A DNA stretch of 64,000 nucleotides, from positions 199 to 64,198 of the forward strand of contig JAKFDA010000078.1 of the NCBI GenBank assembly GCA_036676355.1, written 5' to 3'. Positions 11,080-21,176 of this stretch are shown piece after piece. Within the stretch, counting starts at the first letter, position 1; each line of letters begins with the position of its first letter. The notes beneath the pieces are model-generated. The model ran no database searches. It saw only the letters and a list, made by a program, of their open reading frames with translations, and was not told where the DNA came from. This DNA comes from Nitrosomonadales bacterium. Its GTDB lineage: Bacteria > Pseudomonadota > Gammaproteobacteria > Burkholderiales > SG8-39. The position numbers and the translations under genes were made by a program.

Positions 11080-11457
11080 CTACGACGTCGCGCGCGCCAG
11101 CAGATCCGCCAACTGTTCGTACTCCACAGGCTTGACCAGATGATGATCGAAGCCTGCCTGCTCCGCGCGATGCTGGTCTTCTTCCTGCCCCCACCCGGTC
11201 AGCGCCACCAATAAGGTGGCGCGCCCCGGCGCTTGCGCGCGAATCGTACGCGCTACTTCATAGCCGTTGATGCGGGGCAACCCGATATCGAGAAAGACAA
11301 CGTCCGGCCGGTGCGCGGCAAATGTATCGAGCGCCTGCGGACCGTCATATGCCACTCTCACTTCATGGCCGGCCAACTGCAACAGCATCTGCAGCGACTC
11401 CGCGGCATCCCGGTTGTCGTCCACGACCAGTATTCTTGCCTTATGCGCAATGCTCAT
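11080..11457 (-). CDS. single-domain response regulator (receiver only)
   Basis: ILVVDDN, FLDIGLP, ALTGWG, HLVKP. Confidence 0.88.
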   Translation of the reverse strand: MSIAHKARILVVDDNRDAAESLQMLLQLAGHEVRVAYDGPQALDTFAAHRPDVVFLDIGLPRINGYEVARTIRAQAPGRATLLVALTGWGQEEDQHRAEQAGFDHHLVKPVEYEQLADLLARATS

Positions 11458-11913
11458 GGACGCAACCTTTCATGCCTACAGCCAAGACGGGGCACCAGGC
11501 GCGGCACGCAAAAGTGCCCGCTGTACAACAGGTGATCGTGTTTGTAACAGGAATTGACAATAGCGCCGACGAGCCGCGCTGGAGAGTACGCGGTCATCGA
11601 CGATAACGAATGGTACGAGGCTCCGGCGCGTATGGCTAGTGGCTGGTACACCGAGCAAGTTCTGGCAAGGAGGTAAGCAAGACGCCGGGGACCGATGAGG
11701 CGCGCACCGCCCTCTTCAGTGTCGGTGAGAATCCAGGGCTCGGGACGAGCCGTTCGCTATTTCGCGATACCCTCCGTTGCGCGCGCACGGCGGCGCGAAA
11801 TATCCAAGCCGGATTGGTGGCAATCTGCACACGTCCGGCATCGTCCTGCCGTCTGGCGGCAACATGACGCGCTACAGTACGCTTCCGCGCGCCTGATCAG
11901 ACTTTAGAAGTCG

Positions 11914-13101
11914 ATGCACAAGAAAATTGCCGTAGAAGAACTAAGGGTCGGGATGTACATCCACGATCTGGGCGTGCCTTGGCAACAACACGATTTCCTG
12001 CTTCCGCGCTTCAAGGTGCAAACACAGGAGACAGTCCACGCCATCCGCGCCTGCACCCACTGGGTAATCATCGATACCGATAAAGGCATCGATGCGCCGT
12101 CGCATGTCCCGTCGACGCCCGAACCGGCCGACCAGCCGCCCCCGGTCATCGCCAAAATTCAGCGGATCGGACTGCAGGAAGAACTCATCGTCGCGCGCAA
12201 GCTTTTGCGCGAAGCCCGCAATACCGTGAAACACACGATGGAGGATGCGCGCACCGGCACCATTTCGAGCATTCCGCAGATGCGCGAAGTGGCACAGCGC
12301 ATGATGGAATCGACCAGCCGACACCCCGGCGCCCTGCTTTCTCTGGTCGGACTCAAGACCAAAGACGACTACACTTTTTCGCACTGCGTCGCGGTCGGCG
12401 CGTTCATGATCGCGCTCGGCAAGCAGCTGGGTCTGAATGAAGATGAATTACGTGAGGCCGGCACCGCAGGTCTGCTGCACGACGTGGGCAAGAGTCGCAT
12501 CCCCGGCGAAATCCTCAACAAACCCGGCCGACTCACCGAAGGTGAGTTCGAGGTCGTCCGCGCACATCCGCAACTCGGCTATCAGATGCTGCTCGATACG
12601 GGCTATACGGAATCCGGCGCGCTCGAAGTTGTGCACCATCACCATGAGCGCCTCGATGGCAACGGCTATCCCGACCGGCTCGACAGCACGCAAATCACAC
12701 GTCTGATGCGAATGAGCACCGTCGCGGACGTGTACGACGCAGTGACGTCGGAGCGCGTTTATCACAAGGCGATGCCGCCCACCGCCGCGCTGCAAATGCT
12801 GTTATCCGGCGCCGGCACCCAATTCGACGGCGACATCGTGCGCGCCTTCATCAAAACGGTCGGCATCTACCCCAACCGCTCGCTTGTGCGCCTGCGTTCC
12901 GGTCGCCTCGCCGTCGTGCTCGAACAGCATACGGCCAACACCATCACACCGATTGTGAGAGTTTTCTTCTCGATCAACAGCGACGAACCGATCCCGCCTT
13001 ACGTAGTCAACCTGGCGCACGGCACGGACGCGATCGTCGGCTTCGAAGATCCCGATGCCTGGAAGCTGGACATCGACCAGCACGCCGCCATTTCGCTCTA
13101 G
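11914..13101 (+). CDS. HD-GYP domain c-di-GMP phosphodiesterase with DUF3391-like N-terminus
   Basis: LLHDVGK, HHERLDGNGYP, ADVYDA; N-terminal KKIAVEELRVGMYI. Confidence 0.92.
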   Translation: MHKKIAVEELRVGMYIHDLGVPWQQHDFLLPRFKVQTQETVHAIRACTHWVIIDTDKGIDAPSHVPSTPEPADQPPPVIAKIQRIGLQEELIVARKLLREARNTVKHTMEDARTGTISSIPQMREVAQRMMESTSRHPGALLSLVGLKTKDDYTFSHCVAVGAFMIALGKQLGLNEDELREAGTAGLLHDVGKSRIPGEILNKPGRLTEGEFEVVRAHPQLGYQMLLDTGYTESGALEVVHHHHERLDGNGYPDRLDSTQITRLMRMSTVADVYDAVTSERVYHKAMPPTAALQMLLSGAGTQFDGDIVRAFIKTVGIYPNRSLVRLRSGRLAVVLEQHTANTITPIVRVFFSINSDEPIPPYVVNLAHGTDAIVGFEDPDAWKLDIDQHAAISL

Positions 13102-13157
13102 GAAAATCTGATTCGAACCGGCGATTGCCTCGATCAAGCAACCTAATCAGAGCTTCT
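13101..13157. repeat. ends-only derivative of the MITE family
   Basis: GGAAAATCTGATT...GATCAAGCAACCTAATCAGAGCTTC; right part matches the end of copy 3 (GATCAAGCAACCTTAATCAGAGCTTC) with one indel. Confidence 0.65.
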
Positions 13158-13370
13158 CTCGGTGGCGACGCCGAACGACCGGGCGCACTGTCCGCAAATG
13201 CACGATTCGCCGCGCCGGCTTTGAGGCACTTGTTCGATGAGTTGCGAATGAATACGGATGTCGCGACACCAGCATGCGACGTCGGAGCGCCCGCATGCCG
13301 CAACGGCGCAATGATTCGGCTCGCCGCAAAGCGGACAGCGCAAGCCGGCCTGAAGAACCATATCGGCCAT
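13143..13370 (-). CDS. cysteine-rich CWC family small protein
   Basis: CPLCGEPNHC...CWC...CICGQC pattern; start uncertain (13361/13370/13379). Confidence 0.8.
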   Translation of the reverse strand: MADMVLQAGLRCPLCGEPNHCAVAACGRSDVACWCRDIRIHSQLIEQVPQSRRGESCICGQCARSFGVATERSSD

Positions 13371-13379
13371 CCGCCGCAC

Positions 13380-14087
13380 TCAGTCGCCCGTCGGCGACAG
13401 ACGAAACTCTCGCACGGTCTCGAACCGCGACAACGATTCCGCCAGACGACCCGCATGCGCCGCATTGGTCGAACGGATCACCATGCGGTACTCGAAAAAA
13501 TCATCCTCGGCATTCATGCGGAAGTTGAGGTTCGCGATGCTGAAACCATGCGCGGATACCAGTTTGCGCAGTTCGGCCTCGGGCATGGTCGCCTCGCGTG
13601 CGAAGCGGATCAGAAACTGCGCGTAGAACTGCGCCGGCATGCGGGTCTCGATCCAGCGAAACACCGACAGAGTGCCGATGGTGAGCACCGTGGCCGCCAC
13701 GGCGGGAAAGTAGAAGCCGATGCCGATGAGAATGCCGATCGCCGCAGTGATCCAGATCGAGGCGGCGGTCGTCAGACCGCGCACCGACAGACCTTCCTTC
13801 ATGATCACGCCCGCGCCGAGAAAGCCGATCCCGGTCATGATGCCTTGCGCGATGCGCGTCGGGTCCATCGCAATGCGCCCGTATTCGATGGCCGGCACCC
13901 AGCGGCTTTCGTAAACCGTGACGAGCATCAGCAGTGCGGTCGAAAGGCACACCAGCGCATGCGTGCGAAAGCCGGCCGGCCGGCCGCGATAGCTGCGCTC
14001 CAGCCCGATAATCGCGCCCACTCCGAGCGCGCCCAGCAAACGCAGACTGATTTCCTGATAGACGGGATCCATCCGCACGCTCGACAT
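13380..14087 (-). CDS. MgtC/SapB family membrane protein
   Basis: IGLER, AGFRTHALV, GIGFLGAG, GLTTAASIW. Confidence 0.93.
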   Translation of the reverse strand: MSSVRMDPVYQEISLRLLGALGVGAIIGLERSYRGRPAGFRTHALVCLSTALLMLVTVYESRWVPAIEYGRIAMDPTRIAQGIMTGIGFLGAGVIMKEGLSVRGLTTAASIWITAAIGILIGIGFYFPAVAATVLTIGTLSVFRWIETRMPAQFYAQFLIRFAREATMPEAELRKLVSAHGFSIANLNFRMNAEDDFFEYRMVIRSTNAAHAGRLAESLSRFETVREFRLSPTGD

Positions 14088-14415
14088 TGATCTGTGGAGA
14101 GCTTAGACGGGCCGATGGTCGGAGGCAACGGCACGTACCATTGCGGCAAATGCCGCACCTGAGGCGATTCCCGGCCGGTGCCTGCAGATCGTCTTCACAA
14201 TATCGAGCGCCGCATTGCCGGTCGAAGCTCGCACACAAACGCTTGTGTCCGTAGTGCTCGTAGTCAGTATTTCGGGCCAGTCTTTTATACCTCTGTCGTG
14301 CCGCCGCCCGCATCGCCGGCTCATCCATAAAGGCGTTATAGCAGTTCACCCCGGACGACGACAGCCGCGCGAGGCGGCTGTTGTCTCGACACCGATACGA
14401 ACCGGCTTTGCACGG

Positions 14416-14922
14416 TTACACCGCCGGACGATCGTCATGGCGGCCGCCATGGCGGTGTTTTTCGCCGAACTGTTTGCGCTTGGCCTCGGCCTGCTTACGC
14501 TGTTCGGGCGTCAGCGTCGCCATGATCTGCTGGTTCAGACGCAGCCGCTCGAACTTGAATTCCGCATCGGCCCGCGCCGCCTGTTCGCTTAAGGCACGCG
14601 CTTTCGCTTCGTCGAACTTTTCGGCCTGCGCCAGCTTGCGCAATTCCGCTCGGGCTGCATGCGCCTGTTTGCCTTTCTCGCGCAACGTCGGCGCTGCCTC
14701 GTGACGCAGTTTGAATATCTGATCGCGCTGCGCTTCGCTCCGATCGAGTCCACGCATGAATCCGGCGCGATCGCCGAATCCGCCTTTGGTGTGATGCTTG
14801 CCGTGCATGGCGTGAGTCTGGCAACCGACTTCCCCGCCCGATCGCGCCTGAGAGGCAAGGGGTATAGCCAGCGCCATGCTGCCGGCAATCAAAAGTGTGC
14901 CGAGAACTCGGACGTTTTTCAT
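14416..14922 (-). CDS. Spy/CpxP family periplasmic chaperone
   Basis: Signal peptide, His/Gly-rich linker, LTPEQ motif; divergent from RR/HK pair. Confidence 0.88.
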   Translation of the reverse strand: MKNVRVLGTLLIAGSMALAIPLASQARSGGEVGCQTHAMHGKHHTKGGFGDRAGFMRGLDRSEAQRDQIFKLRHEAAPTLREKGKQAHAARAELRKLAQAEKFDEAKARALSEQAARADAEFKFERLRLNQQIMATLTPEQRKQAEAKRKQFGEKHRHGGRHDDRPAV

Positions 14923-14981
14923 GTGCGCTCCAATGAAGTCACAGGACTACCTGCATGGCCCGCACTGTAGCGAGCGCCGGT

Positions 14982-15037
14982 GTTAACACCCGTTAGGCAG
15001 ACGTAAAGATGCGTAAAGAGAAGTAACCGTCCGTAAG
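14982..15037. promoter_or_regulatory. CpxR-type box within a phased array of half-sites
   Basis: Perfect GTAAA-N5-GTAAA at 15003-15017, plus GTTAA 14982, GTTAG 14992, GTAAC 15023, GTAAG 15033. Confidence 0.7.
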
Positions 15038-15080
15038 CGACGCGACCGCACCGCGATCGCGGCATATACACTCCGACACC

Positions 15081-15782
15081 ATGAAGGCGGATTCCGGCAT
15101 GAGCAAGGTTCTACTCGTCGACGATGACGTCGAACTCGGCGCGATGCTGCGCGAATATCTGCAGCAGGAGGGTTTCGATGCGGTCGCCGTGCACGACAGC
15201 GCCCAGGGCGTAGCGGAAGCCGTGAGCGGCCGGTATGCGATCGTCGTGCTCGATGTGATGATGCCGCATATGAGCGGCATCGAGGTGCTGCGGCGCATAC
15301 GCGCGCAGAGCCGGATCCCGGTGCTGATGCTCACCGCCAAGGGCGATGACGTCGATCGCGTACTCGGCCTTGAGCTCGGCGCCGACGACTATGTCCCGAA
15401 ACCCTGCACACCGCGCGAACTGGTCGCCCGTGTGCGCGCGATTCTGCGTCGCACGCAGAGCGCCTCCGAAGACGCTCCGCTTCGTCTGGAAGTCGGGCCG
15501 CTGATCGTCTGGCCGCAACGGCGCAGCGCGCAATGGCGGGAAGCACCACTTGCATTGACGAGCACCGAATACAACCTGCTCGAAGTGCTTGCACGCAACG
15601 CCGGGCGCGTCGTCAGCAAGGCGGAGTTGTGCGAACAGGCGCTGGGGCGCCCGCTCACGCGCTTCGACCGCAGTATCGACGTGCATATGAGCAGCATCCG
15701 CCAGAAATTTTCGCAGCAGGGCGGCGACCCTTCGCTCATCCAGACCGTACGCGGTCTGGGTTACCAGTTGCTTCGGCCCTGA
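15081..15782 (+). CDS. CpxR-like OmpR-family response regulator
   Basis: LLVDDD, VLDVMMP, GLELGADDYVPKP, DRSIDVHMSSIRQK winged helix; start may be 15099. Confidence 0.92.
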   Translation: MKADSGMSKVLLVDDDVELGAMLREYLQQEGFDAVAVHDSAQGVAEAVSGRYAIVVLDVMMPHMSGIEVLRRIRAQSRIPVLMLTAKGDDVDRVLGLELGADDYVPKPCTPRELVARVRAILRRTQSASEDAPLRLEVGPLIVWPQRRSAQWREAPLALTSTEYNLLEVLARNAGRVVSKAELCEQALGRPLTRFDRSIDVHMSSIRQKFSQQGGDPSLIQTVRGLGYQLLRP

Positions 15783-15790
15783 GGTCGACG

Positions 15791-17152
15791 ATGGGTCGTT
15801 TGTTCTGGAAACTGTTTTTCGCCTTCTGGCTGACGCTGCTGCTCACCGGTCTTGCCGTCGCCACCGCGGTCAATCTGCTACGCCAAAGCCCGGACGGCAA
15901 TGAAGCGCCGGCAGTCGCCGCCGGGCCGGCGGCAGTGATGCTGGTGGATGCCGGCGCATCGGTGCTGCAGTACGGCGGCGTCGAAGCCTTGCGCGCTCTG
16001 ATTCGTAACGAGGAAGGCAGCGCACGCGCATCGCGGCTTCATGCCGTCGATGCGCAGGGAAAGGAATTGCTGGGCCGCAGTGTCTCTGGCGATGCCTACG
16101 CGGCCGCCGCGGCGCTGGCCGAGCAGACCGGCCCGCGCCGGGCCGCCCGCTGGGTGAGTGCCGAGGGCGAACGCTTTCTCTTGTTTGTGCCACCTTCGGA
16201 GCACCGCGCCGGCGCCCGCCATCGCCCGCGGCAGCCGCTATTGCCGCCGGCGATGCTGATGCTGCTGGCCGGGGTGGCCGCAAGCATCGGTTTCGCCGCG
16301 CTGCTGGCCTGGTACCTGTCGCGGCCGATCCGTCATCTGCGCTGGGCGTTCGAAAACGCGGCGCAAGGCAGACTCGGGGTGCGCGTGCAGTCGCGCATCG
16401 GCAGGCGGCGCGACGAAATCGCCGATCTCGGCCGCGACTTCGATCATATGGCGCAGCGCCTGCAGCGTTTGTTGGAAGGGCAGCAGCGTCTGTTGCACGA
16501 CGTGTCGCATGAATTGCGTTCCCCGCTCGCACGGCTTCAGGCGGCGATCGGCCTTGCGCGTCAGAATCCCGCGCGCACCGAAGCGATGCTGCAGCGTGTC
16601 GAGCAGGAAACCGAGCGCGTCGATCAACTCGTCGGCGAACTGCTGACGCTCTCGCGCCTTGATACCGAAACGGGTCATACCGGAGTCGAGCACATCGACA
16701 TCATGGAGCTTGTCGCGGCGATTGCGGACGATGCACGCTTCGAGGCTCAATCCGGCGGTCGCGAGTTGCGCTTAACGACTCACGGCGAATGCTCGGGTCA
16801 CTTCCCTGTCGATGCGCTGCAGCGGGGCATCGAAAACATCGTGCGCAATGCGGTGAAGTACACCGCCGAAGGCACCACGGTCGAAGTCATCGCGGAGTAC
16901 ATGCCCGCGTCAAAAACCGTGCGCATCGAGGTCTGCGACCGTGGCCCCGGCGTTCCGGCGGAGGATCTGGAAAAAATATTCGAACCGTTCTATCGCAGCG
17001 TACACACCTCCGGCGTAACGGGCTTCGGCCTGGGGCTGGCCATCGCACGTCGCGCGGTGCAAGCGGCCGGCGGCGAGATTCACGCGCGCAATCGTGAAGG
17101 CGGCGGTCTGAGCGTCGAGATCCTGTTGCCCTGCGCGGACGAACGTAAGTGA
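15791..17152 (+). CDS. CpxA-like HAMP sensor histidine kinase
   Basis: MGRLFWKLF start, two TM segments, HAMP (RRDEIADL), SHELRSPL, DRGPG, GFGLGLAI. Confidence 0.92.
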   Translation: MGRLFWKLFFAFWLTLLLTGLAVATAVNLLRQSPDGNEAPAVAAGPAAVMLVDAGASVLQYGGVEALRALIRNEEGSARASRLHAVDAQGKELLGRSVSGDAYAAAAALAEQTGPRRAARWVSAEGERFLLFVPPSEHRAGARHRPRQPLLPPAMLMLLAGVAASIGFAALLAWYLSRPIRHLRWAFENAAQGRLGVRVQSRIGRRRDEIADLGRDFDHMAQRLQRLLEGQQRLLHDVSHELRSPLARLQAAIGLARQNPARTEAMLQRVEQETERVDQLVGELLTLSRLDTETGHTGVEHIDIMELVAAIADDARFEAQSGGRELRLTTHGECSGHFPVDALQRGIENIVRNAVKYTAEGTTVEVIAEYMPASKTVRIEVCDRGPGVPAEDLEKIFEPFYRSVHTSGVTGFGLGLAIARRAVQAAGGEIHARNREGGGLSVEILLPCADERK

Positions 17153-17242
17153 TCTTTACGGAAGAGAAAGGATTCGCGGCGGGGACTCAAAAACGTTCGA
17201 GCCATGCGAAACTTCGCCTGTCCCTGCCACCGGAGGTTTCGC

Positions 17243-17734
17243 ATGTCGCATCTATTCCGCCTCATTCCAGTACTCGCCCTGCTGTCCTTCCCGCTACAGG
17301 CGCAGGAGGCGACATTTGAAAGCCGCAGTCTTACACCGGAAGCCGCACTCAAGGCGGCGACGGCCGCAATGGCAACATGCAGAAAGAACGGTTTTCAGGT
17401 CGCGGTGGCGGTAAGCGATCGCGCCGGCCACGCGCTGGTGATGCTGCGCGATCGTTTCGCCGGTCCGCACACCGTGCAGACGGCGATCGACAAGGCCTAC
17501 ACGGCGATCACATTCAAGATGGATACCAGAAGCTTCGCCCGCGTGACGGAGACCGGAGAAGCGTCCGGCATCCGGCACCTGCCTCATATCGTGGCGCTGG
17601 GCGGCGCAGTGCCGATCGAATCGGGCGGCTCCACGGTGGGCGCGATCGGCGTCTCGGGCGCACCGGGCGGCGAAGCCGATGAAGCGTGCGCGCTAGCCGG
17701 CGTCCAGGCGATACGCGAGGAACTGGAGTTTTAG
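17243..17734 (+). CDS. secreted GlcG/HbpS family heme-binding protein
   Basis: Signal peptide, VAVAVSDRAG, KAYTA, GAIGVSGAPGG; GGAGG RBS. Confidence 0.88.
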   Translation: MSHLFRLIPVLALLSFPLQAQEATFESRSLTPEAALKAATAAMATCRKNGFQVAVAVSDRAGHALVMLRDRFAGPHTVQTAIDKAYTAITFKMDTRSFARVTETGEASGIRHLPHIVALGGAVPIESGGSTVGAIGVSGAPGGEADEACALAGVQAIREELEF

Positions 17735-17771
17735 TAAAGCAGCGGAGAGCGGAGAGCTGCGAGAAAAAACC

Positions 17772-18008
17772 CTAGAGCGCCTCGTAGGGGTTGCGCAATT
17801 CCGCGACGACCTGGGCGAACACGGCGCGTATCTGCGCTTCGTCGCAGCCCATCAGCAACGCGTCCTCGAAGGCGTCCTGACAGACCTGCTGGATTTCTTC
17901 GAGATTTTCGCGCAGCACCTTCAGTTTCTCGGTGCAGGAAATCGGCTCGCCTTCAGCGGACCGCCAACGCGGTTGCGGCAACGTTTTTTCCATCGCTTCA
18001 ACAGCCAT
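17772..18008 (-). CDS. hypothetical protein
   Basis: Protein-like ORF (PISCTEKLKVLRENLEE...EDALLMG) 12 bp downstream of cysA on the same strand. Confidence 0.7.
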   Translation of the reverse strand: MAVEAMEKTLPQPRWRSAEGEPISCTEKLKVLRENLEEIQQVCQDAFEDALLMGCDEAQIRAVFAQVVAELRNPYEAL

Positions 18009-18020
18009 GCGTTGAAGGCG

Positions 18021-19112
18021 TCATGCCGCCTTCGGCAGCGCGCTCGCCTTCGGATTGAGAAATACGCGCAAACGCCGCGGCCGCACAACCAGCGTTTCGC
18101 CTTCATAGAAGCGCATCGAGCGGTAATGCTCGGCGGGCATTTCCGCTTCAACGATGCCGGCGCCGTCTTCGCGCTCAAGTTCCAGGCGCGCGGTCGGCCC
18201 GACCACCAGCGCGCGGCTCAGTTGCACCCGAATGCCGGACTGGCCGGCGACATAACGATCGACTTCCACATCGTGCGGTCGCACGAATCCGACCGCCGGC
18301 GTATCGAGCGTGTCGCCGTATTCCGGTGTTTCGAGTGCGATGTCGTCGCCGACATGCAGCCAGCCTTCGTGCGCCCGCCCCTGGAACAGGTTGACGTTGC
18401 CGAGAAAGCCGTACACGAACGGCGTCGCCGGCCGCTCGTACACGTCTTCCGGCGTGCCCTGCTGTTCGACGCGGCCGGCGTTCATCAGCACCACGCGATC
18501 GGCCACTTCCAGCGCCTCTTCCTGATCGTGCGTCACGAAAATACTCGTCACATGAATCTCGTCATGTAGACGCCGCAACCAGCGTCGCAGCTCCTTGCGC
18601 ACCTTGGCGTCAAGTGCGCCGAACGGCTCGTCGAGCAGCAACACCCGGGGTTCGACCGCAAGCGCGCGCGCCAGCGCGATGCGTTGACGCTGACCGCCGG
18701 ACAGTTGCGAGGGGTAGCGATCGGCGCACCAGCCGAGCTGCACCAGGTTGAGCAGCGAATGCACCTTCTCGTCGATCTCCGCTTTGCTCAAACGCAGCGC
18801 ATGAGGTTTCACCTCCAGGCCGAATGCGACGTTGTCGTACACCGTCATATGACGGAACAGTGCATAGTGTTGAAATACGAAACCGACCTGACGTTCCCGC
18901 ACGTCCTGACCCGATGCGTCCTCGCCCTGGAAATGGATGCTGCCCCGGTCGGCGGTTTCGAGGCCGGCGATGACGCGCAGCAGCGTGGTCTTGCCGCAAC
19001 CGGAAGGTCCCAGCAATGCGACCAGCTCGCCCGTGGGGAAATCCAGTGAGACGTCGTCGAGCGCGGTAAAGCTGCCGAAACGCTTGGTGATGTTCCGAAC
19101 TTCAATACTCAT
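18021..19112 (-). CDS. cysA: sulfate ABC transporter ATP-binding protein
   Basis: [47 protein letters not shown]. Confidence 0.96.
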   Translation of the reverse strand: MSIEVRNITKRFGSFTALDDVSLDFPTGELVALLGPSGCGKTTLLRVIAGLETADRGSIHFQGEDASGQDVRERQVGFVFQHYALFRHMTVYDNVAFGLEVKPHALRLSKAEIDEKVHSLLNLVQLGWCADRYPSQLSGGQRQRIALARALAVEPRVLLLDEPFGALDAKVRKELRRWLRRLHDEIHVTSIFVTHDQEEALEVADRVVLMNAGRVEQQGTPEDVYERPATPFVYGFLGNVNLFQGRAHEGWLHVGDDIALETPEYGDTLDTPAVGFVRPHDVEVDRYVAGQSGIRVQLSRALVVGPTARLELEREDGAGIVEAEMPAEHYRSMRFYEGETLVVRPRRLRVFLNPKASALPKAA

Positions 19113-19125
19113 GATGTTTCCTTAA

Positions 19126-19401
19126 GGAAGATCCGATTAAGGTTTTTTTATGAATGTTGCCGCAAGCTCTGGACTGCTAAGGCGTTGCTTTACTTTGCCC
19201 TCGCTCGTACAGCCATGTGCCGGCGCGCGGAGCAGGGGCCCCTTCAGGGGATGCGACCGCACAGGCACATGAAGGAACGCAGACCAACCGGCCCATCACA
19301 GCCCGCTGCGGGGTCGCATCCATCGATGAAGCCGATGGAACCTGCTCCACCCTTCGCGGTCCCGCACTCGCGACCATCATCGGCACTCATTCAGACGTTC
19401 C
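19126..19401 (-). mobile_element. MITE-like element copy 2 (276 bp, IS5-like TIRs, TTAA target duplication)
   Basis: TTAA at 19122-19125 and 19402-19405; ends read GGAAGATCCGATTAA and GGAACGTCTGAATGA inward; core shared with copies 1 and 3; no transposase. Confidence 0.85.
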
Positions 19402-19417
19402 TTAACGCGCTTGCGCA

Positions 19418-20329
19418 TCACTTCCTCGGCGCCTCCATCGCGCCGGCGGATTTCAATTCGTTCTGCACACGCCATTCGACAAAACTCTTCAGTGCCAGCG
19501 TAACCAGCGCCAGCAGCGCGAGAATCGACGCCACGGCGAACGCGGCGGCGAACTGATATTCGTTGTACAGAATCTCGATATGCAGCGGCATGGTGTTGGT
19601 CATGCCGCGTATGTGACCGGAGACCACCGATACCGCGCCGAACTCGCCCATCGCCCGCGCGTTACAAAGAATCACGCCGTATAACAAGCCCCACTTGACG
19701 TTGGGCAAGGTCACGCGCCAGAGGATCTGCCAGCCGGAGGCGCCAAGCACACGCGCCGCTTCTTCTTCATCGTTGCCCTGCGCTTCCATCAACGGAATCA
19801 GCTCGCGCGCAACGAACGGAAAGGTCACGAACATCGTCGCCAGCACGATGCCCGGAATGGCGAAGATGATCTTGATGTCGTGCGCCTGCAGCCACGGGCC
19901 GAACCAGCCCTGCGCGCCGAACATCAGCACATAGATCAGGCCGGCGATCACCGGCGACACTGAGAACGGCAGATCGATCAACGTCGTCAACAGGCTCTTG
20001 CCGCGAAATTCGAATTTGGCGATGGCCCAGGCCGCCGCCACGCCGAACACCAGGTTAAGCGGCACCGCGATCACCGCGGCGATCAGGGTGAGCTTTACCG
20101 CAGCGAGCGCATCCGGTTCGATGAGGGCCGCCAGATAGGCTTCGAAACCCTTGCTCATGGCCTCGTAAAAAACCGCGGCCAGCGGCACGAACAGGAACAA
20201 GGCGAGAAAGGAGAGCGCCAGCGCAATCAGCGACCACTTGACCAGCGGATGCTCGGTCGTGGCGCTGCGTCGGCGCGCCGGCGCACGAAAACCTGCGGCA
20301 GGTGACGGAGCGGTAATGACGGCGGACAT
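19418..20329 (-). CDS. cysW: sulfate ABC transporter permease CysW
   Basis: [36 protein letters not shown]. Confidence 0.96.
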   Translation of the reverse strand: MSAVITAPSPAAGFRAPARRRSATTEHPLVKWSLIALALSFLALFLFVPLAAVFYEAMSKGFEAYLAALIEPDALAAVKLTLIAAVIAVPLNLVFGVAAAWAIAKFEFRGKSLLTTLIDLPFSVSPVIAGLIYVLMFGAQGWFGPWLQAHDIKIIFAIPGIVLATMFVTFPFVARELIPLMEAQGNDEEEAARVLGASGWQILWRVTLPNVKWGLLYGVILCNARAMGEFGAVSVVSGHIRGMTNTMPLHIEILYNEYQFAAAFAVASILALLALVTLALKSFVEWRVQNELKSAGAMEAPRK

Positions 20330-20333
20330 GGTG

Positions 20334-21176
20334 TTAGCGAGCCTTTGCGCCGCGCCGCGATGTCCACCACTGCAACACATTGATGGCGAGCAGCAGGATG
20401 AACGACGCGACCAGCATGACGACGGCCAGCGCAGTCGCGCCGGTGTAATCGTACTGTTCCAGTTTGGTAATGATCAGCAACGGCGTGATTTCGGTCTTCA
20501 GCGGAATGTTGCCGGCGATGAAGATGACCGAGCCGTATTCGCCGACCGCACGCGCGAACGCAAGGGCAAAGCCGGTGAGCAACGCCGGCATGATGGCCGG
20601 AAAAATAATGCGCACGAAGGTCTGCAGGCGCGTGGCGCCCAGACTTGCCGCCGCTTCTTCCAGTTCCGGCTCCACATCTTCGAGCACCGGCTGCACCGTG
20701 CGCACCACGAACGGCAGGCCGATGAACGTCAGCGCGACCACTACACCGAGCGGCGTGAACGCGACCTTGATGCCCAACTCGGCCAGCCATTCACCGATCC
20801 AGCCGTTAGGCGCATAGATACCCGTCAGCGCGATACCGGCTACGGCGGTCGGCAGCGCGAAAGGCAGATCGACCAGCGCGTCAATGAAGCGCTTGCCCGG
20901 GAACGTGTAGCGCACCAGCACCCACGCCACCAGCAGGCCAAATACGGCGTTGATGGTCGCGCCGATCAACGCGGCGCCGAATGACAGTTTGTACGACGCG
21001 ACGACACGGTCTGTCGTAACAGCGAGCCAGAACTGCTCCCAGGTCAGCGTTGCGGTTTTGAGAAATGCCGCCGACAGTGGAATCAACACCAGCAGGCAGA
21101 GATAGAGCAGCGTGAAACCGAGCGCGATATTGAAGCCCGGCAGCACGGTATGCCGGCGCAGCAGGAAGGTACTCAC
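20334..21176 (-). CDS. cysT: sulfate ABC transporter permease CysT
   Basis: [34 protein letters not shown]; GTG overlapping the sbp stop. Confidence 0.96.
   Translation of the reverse strand: MSTFLLRRHTVLPGFNIALGFTLLYLCLLVLIPLSAAFLKTATLTWEQFWLAVTTDRVVASYKLSFGAALIGATINAVFGLLVAWVLVRYTFPGKRFIDALVDLPFALPTAVAGIALTGIYAPNGWIGEWLAELGIKVAFTPLGVVVALTFIGLPFVVRTVQPVLEDVEPELEEAAASLGATRLQTFVRIIFPAIMPALLTGFALAFARAVGEYGSVIFIAGNIPLKTEITPLLIITKLEQYDYTGATALAVVMLVASFILLLAINVLQWWTSRRGAKAR

Noticed and set aside
14088-14415. Short ORFs between the MgtC-like and Spy/CpxP genes
   Set aside because: No convincing RBS or family motif in any frame
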